A DNA stretch of 13,468 nt, taken from contig JBHIAT010000097.1 of assembly GCA_046758705.1 (NCBI GenBank), positions 1 to 13,468 on the forward strand, in the 5' to 3' direction. Below the pieces are notes generated by a model. The model worked only from the letters and a program-made list of their open reading frames with translations. It was not told the origin of the DNA and ran no database searches. The first letter of the stretch is position 1. Every line of letters begins with the position of its first letter. Of the stretch, positions 1 through 4,684 are shown in pieces. Both the position numbers and the translations under genes were made by a program. Source of the DNA: Candidatus Bipolaricaulia bacterium. GTDB taxonomy: Bacteria > Bipolaricaulota > Bipolaricaulia > JBHIAT01.

Positions 1-227
1 CCGCCCAGGCGATTGACGATGTACTGTTCGGCGCGGTGGATGCCGGCCTTGGCGACGTACAGGGAATGTTCACTGTCCTGGATCAGGGAGCTGTACCGCT
101 GACTGTTGAGGGAGACGCTGTAGTAGCCGGTGCCCAGCAACGTGATGAGCATCAGGACGAAGAAGGTGACGACCAGCGCTGATCCCCGGTCGTCTGTCCT
201 GAGATGTGATCCTCTCCACCTGTGCAT
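1..227 (-). CDS. PilX-like type IV minor pilin / pilus assembly protein, N-terminal part (runs off window)
   Basis: Not in ORF track. Manual translation from ATG at 227 (SD GGAGG at 233-237): MHRWRGSHLRTDDRG|SALVVTFFVLMLITLLGTGYYSVSLNSQRYSSLIQDSEHSLYVAKAGIHRAEQYIVNRLG. Class III signal peptide (RG|SAL plus hydrophobic stretch, no Glu+5, as in PilX/GspK) and a PilX_N-like 'LYVAKAGI' motif. Confidence 0.85.
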   Translation of the reverse strand, partial: MHRWRGSHLRTDDRGSALVVTFFVLMLITLLGTGYYSVSLNSQRYSSLIQDSEHSLYVAKAGIHRAEQYIVNRLG

Positions 228-232
228 GCGAA

Positions 233-264
233 CCTCCAATGAATGTAAGTAAAGTCATTGGAAG
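233..264 (-). promoter_or_regulatory. Shine-Dalgarno-sequestering hairpin in the pilX-like leader (putative riboswitch expression platform)
   Basis: Minus strand CTTCCAATGA (264-255) pairs with TCATTGGAGG (242-233): 10 bp with one G-U, burying the GGAGG SD. Confidence 0.65.
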
Positions 265-370
265 CCCGTCCCAACTCAGCCGTCGGAGTTGAATCGGTCC
301 GGGCATGCAAAGGTGCGCGCTACAACTGGCCGGTAACGGCTTAGTTGAGCCTGATGATTAAGCTTTGCAT

Positions 371-451
371 GGTCCTTCGGCAACCCGGTTACCCCTGGTC
401 AGGGGCCCGTGGGCTTTGCACCCCATGAGGTGGGGCACCTTTATCGGGACC
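371..451 (-). ncRNA. Variant c-di-GMP-I (GEMM) riboswitch aptamer, second of a tandem pair
   Basis: Minus strand GGTCCCGATAAAGGTGCCCCACCTCATGGGGTGCAAAGCCCACGGGCCCCTGACCAGGGGTAACCGGGTTGCCGAAGGACC. P1 (GGTCC/GGACC), GCAAAG junction, P3 and 3' TGCCGAA align with the canonical aptamer at 463-540; P2 lacks the AAA internal loop and GNRA loop. Confidence 0.7.
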
Positions 452-462
452 GATGGTCACCT

Positions 463-540
463 CCTTCGGCAGCTCGGCTGTCCTTTCGGACCCGAAGCTT
501 TGCGTCCCCACCTTTCGATGGGTTTGCCTTTGTCGTGGAT
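463..540 (-). ncRNA. c-di-GMP-I (GEMM) riboswitch aptamer
   Basis: Minus strand ATCCACGACAAAGGCAAACCCATCGAAAGGTGGGGACGCAAAGCTTCGGGTCCGAAAGGACAGCCGAGCTGCCGAAGG matches the GEMM consensus (GGCAAACC..GAAA..GGGACGCAAAGC..AGCC..GCCGAA). The G20-equivalent is G, pointing to c-di-GMP rather than 3',3'-cGAMP. Confidence 0.93.
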
Positions 541-684
541 GCGTCTTTGGGCTTCACCCATAATTATACCCAACAAATCGAATTTGTAGAGCTAGAGCCG
601 AGCTATTGATATAGGCCAGGCAAACAGCAAAATGGGTTTGCCTTTGTCGTGGATGCGTCTTTAGGCTTCGACCCATAATTATAC
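518..684. repeat. Direct repeat of ~52 bp (518-569 and 632-684) covering a -10 box and the 5' part of the riboswitch aptamer
   Basis: ATGGGTTTGCCTTTGTCGTGGATGCGTCTTT(G/A)GGCTTC(-/G)ACCCATAATTATAC occurs twice, with one substitution and one indel. Confidence 0.95.
563..590 (-). promoter_or_regulatory. Putative sigma70 promoter for the riboswitch-pilX leader (second -10 copy at 678-683)
   Basis: Perfect TATAAT at 568-563 on the minus strand, about 25 nt upstream of the aptamer; only a weak -35 (TCTACA, 16-bp spacer). Confidence 0.55.
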
Positions 685-840
685 GCCAAGACTTGAAGGT
701 TTAGCCGTGAGCGGGTGAACGGAGTGGATCACAGAGAGGGGGGAACTGTTATTAACGCGACAGGATGACGACATCTTCCAGGTAGGGATCGCCGACCCGA
801 AAGATCAGCTGACCGTCGTACTGCTCCTCAAGCTCTTTTC

Positions 841-1410
841 TCAGCGGGTTGGACCTGTCTTCCTCTTCTTTTTTAAGGCCTGAAGTAGATCGCGCTCGAC
901 CCGCTCTTCTAACTCTGCATCGTAGACCAACTGGCTGGGGTGAAGCTTGTAGTACAGCGGCTCACCACCGTCGGTAAACCGGACTGTCACTTTCACCAGC
1001 TCCGAGTAGGGCTCGACTCGGGCGTCAATCTCCGCCACCTCAAGCTCCCCCGTCTGCTTTTGCACGATCTGCTCTATCACATCTGCTACAAGCAACCGGA
1101 TCTGCTTCATCACTGTGACCTCAATCAGCTTCTCTTTAATCCAGACTCTCAACAGCGTTGTGTATCCCAGGCTCTTGGCCGCGGCGATGGCCTTCACCTG
1201 CTCCAAAAGGGGCTTGTCCAAACGTAGCGCCACCACCTCCTTCTCGGGTCGGACAAGCTCCACCTCCACCGGCTCCAGCTCGTCCCAGTAGTCCGCGGTA
1301 CTATGGGTCTCCCAGAATCGGGCGATCTGCTCGTCCGTCCAACTTGTCATGTCCGGGAGCTTCTTCGCACCCTGGGACTTAGGCTTAGGCTTAGGTTTAG
1401 ATTTAGACAT
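841..1410 (-). CDS. CopG/BrnA-like ribbon-helix-helix antitoxin with an extra ~90-aa C-terminal domain
   Basis: DEQIARFWETHSTADYWDELEPV...VALRLDKPLLEQVKAIAAAKSLGYTTLLRVWIKEKL is typical of CopG-family antitoxins paired with BrnT. ATG at 1410 overlaps the end of the upstream toxin remnant and follows AAGGTG. Confidence 0.8.
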   Translation of the reverse strand: MSKSKPKPKPKSQGAKKLPDMTSWTDEQIARFWETHSTADYWDELEPVEVELVRPEKEVVALRLDKPLLEQVKAIAAAKSLGYTTLLRVWIKEKLIEVTVMKQIRLLVADVIEQIVQKQTGELEVAEIDARVEPYSELVKVTVRFTDGGEPLYYKLHPSQLVYDAELEERVERDLLQALKKKRKTGPTR

Positions 1411-1504
1411 GGAGTTCACCTTCTTCCGGGATGACTCGGTGCTTCCGGAGAATCTTCTCCACGATCTGTGGCTCCCAAAGGATTTGGTCCCCTCTCAGCT
1501 TCAA
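1403..1504 (-). pseudogene. Truncated BrnT-like toxin (33 aa, N-terminus only)
   Basis: TTG start at 1504 with GGAGAG upstream. MKLRGDQILWEPQIVEKILRKHRVIPEEGELHV* resembles the BrnT N-terminus (W..EK...KH.V..EE) and sits directly before the antitoxin. Confidence 0.65.
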
Positions 1505-1540
1505 TGCCGAGCCACTCTCCCGCCTTGTTCTTGGTTTTTT

Positions 1541-1569
1541 AGTGTAATACTTTGTATAACTTCTGTCAA
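1541..1569 (-). promoter_or_regulatory. Sigma70 promoter of the toxin-antitoxin operon with overlapping palindromic operator
   Basis: TTGACA (1569-1564) - 17 bp - TACACT (1546-1541). Inverted repeat GTTATAC-aaa-GTATTAC (1560-1544, 6/7 match) spans the spacer and -10, as expected for RHH autorepression. Confidence 0.8.
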
Positions 1570-1600
1570 GGGGGAAACCGTGAAGTCCGAATCTCCCCCT
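1569..1600 (-). terminator. GC-rich stem-loop at the end of the duplicated cdsA 3' end
   Basis: AGGGGGA...TCCCCCT inverted repeat overlapping the TAG. No U-tract, so terminator function is uncertain. Confidence 0.35.
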
Positions 1601-1752
1601 AGAGCGCATAGGTGGCGTACAGATAGAAGGCCGGCAGAGCAAACAGCAGCCCGTCGATGCGATCGAGCAGACCGCCGTGGCCGGGGAACAGCCGGCCGGA
1701 GTCTTTGACACCAGCGTGCCGTTTGATGAGGGATTCGAACAGATCACCGAAC
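1599..1752 (-). repeat. Duplicated 3' end of cdsA (direct repeat of 3265-3418); att-like islet boundary
   Basis: 154 bp with 6 mismatches at offsets 0, 6, 9, 18, 36 and 114, all third-position synonymous (including TAA/TAG). Confidence 0.95.
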
Positions 1753-1753
1753 A

Positions 1754-1846
1754 GCGATCGCGTCGGCCAAGATCAAGACCGGTACGGTTGATGCGCGCAC
1801 CCTGGCCCAGCTGTTGCGGGCCACCTTGCTGGCCACGGTTCACATC
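1754..1846 (+). mobile_element. IS110-family transposase internal fragment (remnant)
   Basis: Translates [31 protein letters not shown], matching the IS110 DEDD-domain 'KTDxxDAxxLAxLL' motif with the first Asp changed to Gly. It begins almost exactly at the repeat boundary. Confidence 0.7.
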
Positions 1847-1864
1847 ACCGAAGAAGTTAGCCAG

Positions 1865-2239
1865 TTACTGGTGAACTTCCCCCGATATGGGTGGGATCGG
1901 CGACTGCTGCTGGCCAGCTCGGGTGGCGCGCACACTCAGGAACCGGGCAAAATCGAGGACTTCAGCCCTGGCGGGCTCCGGCAGACGCGAAACCAGTTCC
2001 GCGACTCGCTCTGCCAGAGGTACCCATTGCCGGGTACGTGTCTGCCACACCACCACGAATTGCTCCGGCCGCAAGGCCATAAAGTTCAGCGCCTGTCCCT
2101 GCTCATCGGTGAACTCGACCTCATAGGCCGCGTCAGCGTTGTGGATCTCGATAATGGTGCCCTGCATTCCCGCATACAGATCCTGCTCAGGAAGGTCCAC
2201 GATCAGTTCCACCACATCAAACAATTCAGGCATCTGCAT
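1865..2239 (-). CDS. DUF4926-like protein with DUF2281-like C-terminal helix; putative antitoxin/immunity protein
   Basis: ELFDVVELIVDLPEQDLYAGMQGTIIEI...AYEVEF is DUF4926-like; LPEPARAEVLDFARFL is DUF2281-like. TGATG overlap with the upstream gene (alternative start at 2233). Confidence 0.8.
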   Translation of the reverse strand: MQMPELFDVVELIVDLPEQDLYAGMQGTIIEIHNADAAYEVEFTDEQGQALNFMALRPEQFVVVWQTRTRQWVPLAERVAELVSRLPEPARAEVLDFARFLSVRATRAGQQQSPIPPISGEVHQ

Positions 2240-2580
2240 CACCCTTTCACCCACAACGTGGCCAGTCGGACTTCATCCTCTCCTTCAGGGACAAACCAGC
2301 CGGTGCGCACGATAGCTCGTTGACCTGCCGGTCCCTCAATCTGTAAGTCAGCTGTATAGCGGTGTCCAGACTCATCCCGACTGTGAAAGTGAACTTCCGC
2401 CTCTGGTGCGTGAGTCTCAATTTGCCTCAGCAAGTGCTGATAGTTTTCGTGAGTGTATCCTAACGCTTGCTCAAATACACGAGCCTTATAGCGCCCCAGT
2501 GGTGCATCGGGATTCAATGCGTACTCGGTTAACTTGCGTGGGTCGATGACCACCTGACTCGCCAACTCGTGCAGTTTCAT
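2239..2580 (-). CDS. DUF6883-like protein, putative toxin
   Basis: VIDPRKLTEYALNP...GRYKARVFEQALGY...G.RY...V.TGW...RLATLWV pattern. ATG at 2580 gives 113 aa; TTGGCC-18-TATACT at 2630-2601 upstream argues against the longer 2676 start. Confidence 0.78.
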   Translation of the reverse strand: MKLHELASQVVIDPRKLTEYALNPDAPLGRYKARVFEQALGYTHENYQHLLRQIETHAPEAEVHFHSRDESGHRYTADLQIEGPAGQRAIVRTGWFVPEGEDEVRLATLWVKG

Positions 2581-2779
2581 CTCTTCGGTCTGCTGAGGTA
2601 AGTATAACCTAAATGGTAGTTCCTGGCCAACTTTCTCCAGTTTCACGAAAAGTCCGAAACGTGCTGCTACGCTCACAATAACTGACTCACCTTTTGCACC
2701 TCATTATGATCTGCTGTATATCGGCATCAACGTCGCCTCCATCTACCACCGTGAGTTGCGGTCTTCGCGATGGCGCGAC

Positions 2780-2886
2780 CTTCACTCACGGCTACTGGCT
2801 TCGTCACTCCCTGCGGGAGTTCTATACATCAGCTCGAAGAGCGACGAAACATCGTAGCCGGGAGTGAAGCGGAGTGCAACTCCCGG
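2780..2886. repeat. REP/REPIN-like nested palindromic element
   Basis: CTTCACTCACGGCTAC (2780-2795) is inverted to GTAGCCGGGAGTGAAG (2854-2869), 15/16 match, with pairing continuing inward (TTCGTCACTC/GAGCGACGAA). Extra hairpins ACTCCC-TGC-GGGAGT and CCGGGAGT...ACTCCCGG; GTAG foot. Confidence 0.65.
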
Positions 2887-2990
2887 CGATGTAGCAAGGG
2901 GTGCAAAAGATGTGCTGATACTCATTCGATGGGTTGATGTCGTTATGGTATATGGATTGGCCATTGAGATGGTCATGCGAGATGAGAGAT

Positions 2991-3070
2991 AGCTGTCAGC
3001 CCTCAGCCATCAGCACAGGAAAATATTCATTTGCGGTTGACGTTGAGCTGAGGGCTGAGAGCTGAGGCTG
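2991..3070. repeat. Inverted heptamer tandem repeats (AGCYNTC)n ... (GCTGAGR)n
   Basis: AGCTGTC AGCCCTC AGCCATC AGC (2991-3014) and GCTGAGG GCTGAGA GCTGAGG (3047-3067). 2991-3007 pairs with 3047-3063 at 16/17. Confidence 0.8.
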
Positions 3071-3133
3071 TTTTGCGATCTGGTTGGCGGGGTCTCTCTA
3101 CGGACCCCTATCCGGACACTCTCAGAGCGAATT

Positions 3134-3162
3134 AGTATAAAAGCCGTATGTTCATGACTCAA
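3134..3162 (-). promoter_or_regulatory. Putative sigma70 promoter firing into the islet
   Basis: TTGAGT (3162-3157) - 17 bp - TATACT (3139-3134), in AT-rich context. Confidence 0.5.
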
Positions 3163-3264
3163 TTGGAAAAATCTGCAAAAGTATAGTCAAAAGGTGTCTT
3201 ACCTGAACTCAATCATCACAAGCCCAGTCTAGATCGTTACTTGCCCCGACATGACAGAGCAGTG

Positions 3265-3912
3265 TTAGAGGGCGTAGGTGGCATACAGATAGAAGGCCGG
3301 TAGAGCAAACAGCAGCCCGTCGATGCGATCGAGCAGACCGCCGTGGCCGGGGAACAGCCGGCCGGAGTCTTTGACACCGGCGTGCCGTTTGATGAGGGAT
3401 TCGAACAGATCACCGAACTGGGTGAAGACCCCGACCGTCACCGACAGCCCCAAGATATCGCCGGCCCGTATCGGGAGCCAGACGGAGCTGATAGCGGTGG
3501 CGATCGCGGTCAGCGCCAGCCCGCCGACGACCCCTTCGACGGTCTTCTTGGGGCTGATCTGCGGGGCGAGCAGCCGCCGCCCCCACAGGGAACCGGCGAA
3601 GTAAGCCCCGGTGTCGTAGCTCCACACCAGGGCCAGGATCAGGATCGCATACCCCGGACCCAGGAAGCGATAGATCAGGTAGAAGAACGCGAGCAGGGCG
3701 ACATAGACGAGCCCGACGGGCAACATCAGGAAGGCGGGAAGCTCACTCCTGCGGATCAGCTTGACATACTCCCCGCCGGCGATCAGCGTCGCCAAGCCGA
3801 CCAGCAGCCCCACGATCCAATCGGTATCGTAACGTACCGTCAGCCACAGGACGATCAACAGGAGTGAGATGGCGATCGCCGCGGTCAGGATCCGGCAGCT
3901 CAGTTCATTCAT
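3265..3912 (-). CDS. cdsA: Phosphatidate cytidylyltransferase
   Basis: Hydrophobic; DTGAYFAG, ISPKKTVEG and [29 protein letters not shown] signature; ATGA overlap with uppS. Confidence 0.97.
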   Translation of the reverse strand: MNELSCRILTAAIAISLLLIVLWLTVRYDTDWIVGLLVGLATLIAGGEYVKLIRRSELPAFLMLPVGLVYVALLAFFYLIYRFLGPGYAILILALVWSYDTGAYFAGSLWGRRLLAPQISPKKTVEGVVGGLALTAIATAISSVWLPIRAGDILGLSVTVGVFTQFGDLFESLIKRHAGVKDSGRLFPGHGGLLDRIDGLLFALPAFYLYATYAL

Positions 3913-4664
3913 GCCTCAACCCGGCCGAACCGCCGTTTGCGCTGCTGAAAGTCCTCGATCCCCTGAAGCAGCTCCGTCTCCGAGAAGTCCGGCCACAGGG
4001 TGTCAGTCACCCAGAACTCGGTGTAGGCGATCTGCCACAACAGGAAGTTGCTCAGCCGCTGCTCCCCGCTGGTTCGGATCACCAGGTCGGGATCGGGGAT
4101 CCCCTTCGTGTATAGATAATCGGCGAACCGGTCCACATCGAGGTCCGCCTCGTTTAGTTGCCCGTGCTTCAAATCTTCGATGAGCCGTCTGACGGCTGCC
4201 ACGATCTCCTGACGGCTGCCGTAGTTGACGGCTAAGTTCAGGTTCAACCCGCCGTTCTTTCTGGAGAGCTCGACCGCGTCTCGCAGCCGCTTCTGCACCC
4301 GCCGCGGCAGATCCGACAGCTCCCCGAGAATGTGTAGCCGGATGTTGAGCCGCAGCAGGCTTTCCAGTTCCCTGTCCAGGAAGTCGGCCAGCAGGTTCAT
4401 CAGGAATTCGACCTCCACCCTGGGCCGCTTCCAGTTCTCTTTCGAGAACGCGAACAGCGTCAGGTATTTGATGTTGAGGTCCTCAGCGGCGAACTGGACG
4501 ATCCGTCTGGCGGTCCGGACCCCGGCCCGGTGTCCCTCGGTCCTGAGTCGATTCCGATACCTTGCCCATCTCCCGTTCCCGTCCATGATGATGGCGATAT
4601 GCTGCGGGAGGTCGTGTTCCTTGATCCGCCTCAACCGGGTGCTGATGATCTCTACCGTCTCCAT
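3909..4664 (-). CDS. uppS: Undecaprenyl/polyprenyl diphosphate synthase
   Basis: PQHIAIIMDGNGRWA, FSKENWKRP, NYGSRQE, DPDLVIRTSGEQRLSNFLLWQ, RRFG. Start at ATG 4664 or TTG 4688. Confidence 0.98.
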   Translation of the reverse strand: METVEIISTRLRRIKEHDLPQHIAIIMDGNGRWARYRNRLRTEGHRAGVRTARRIVQFAAEDLNIKYLTLFAFSKENWKRPRVEVEFLMNLLADFLDRELESLLRLNIRLHILGELSDLPRRVQKRLRDAVELSRKNGGLNLNLAVNYGSRQEIVAAVRRLIEDLKHGQLNEADLDVDRFADYLYTKGIPDPDLVIRTSGEQRLSNFLLWQIAYTEFWVTDTLWPDFSETELLQGIEDFQQRKRRFGRVEA

Positions 4665-4684
4665 AATAGGCCATCCCGATCCGC

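Noticed and set aside
463-540. 3',3'-cGAMP (GEMM-Ib) specificity for aptamer 1
   Set aside because: The discriminating position is G (AAAGGCAAAC), not A as in cGAMP-sensing variants.
70-609. Track ORFs 70-306, 365-589 and 409-609
   Set aside because: They overlap the true PilX-like frame or the riboswitches and show no protein-like features.
518-684. CRISPR array
   Set aside because: Only two ~52-bp copies, explained by the promoter/aptamer duplication; no cas genes.
1403-1843. 146-aa ORF as a real gene
   Set aside because: It crosses the IS110 scrap, the cdsA repeat (out of frame) and the promoter; only its last 33 codons look coding.
2782-2976. 64-aa ORF
   Set aside because: It runs through the palindromic repeat and has no recognisable motif.
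1599-3418. cdsA repeat as a diversity-generating retroelement TR/VR pair
   Set aside because: Mismatches are not adenine-specific on either strand, all are synonymous, and no reverse transcriptase is present.
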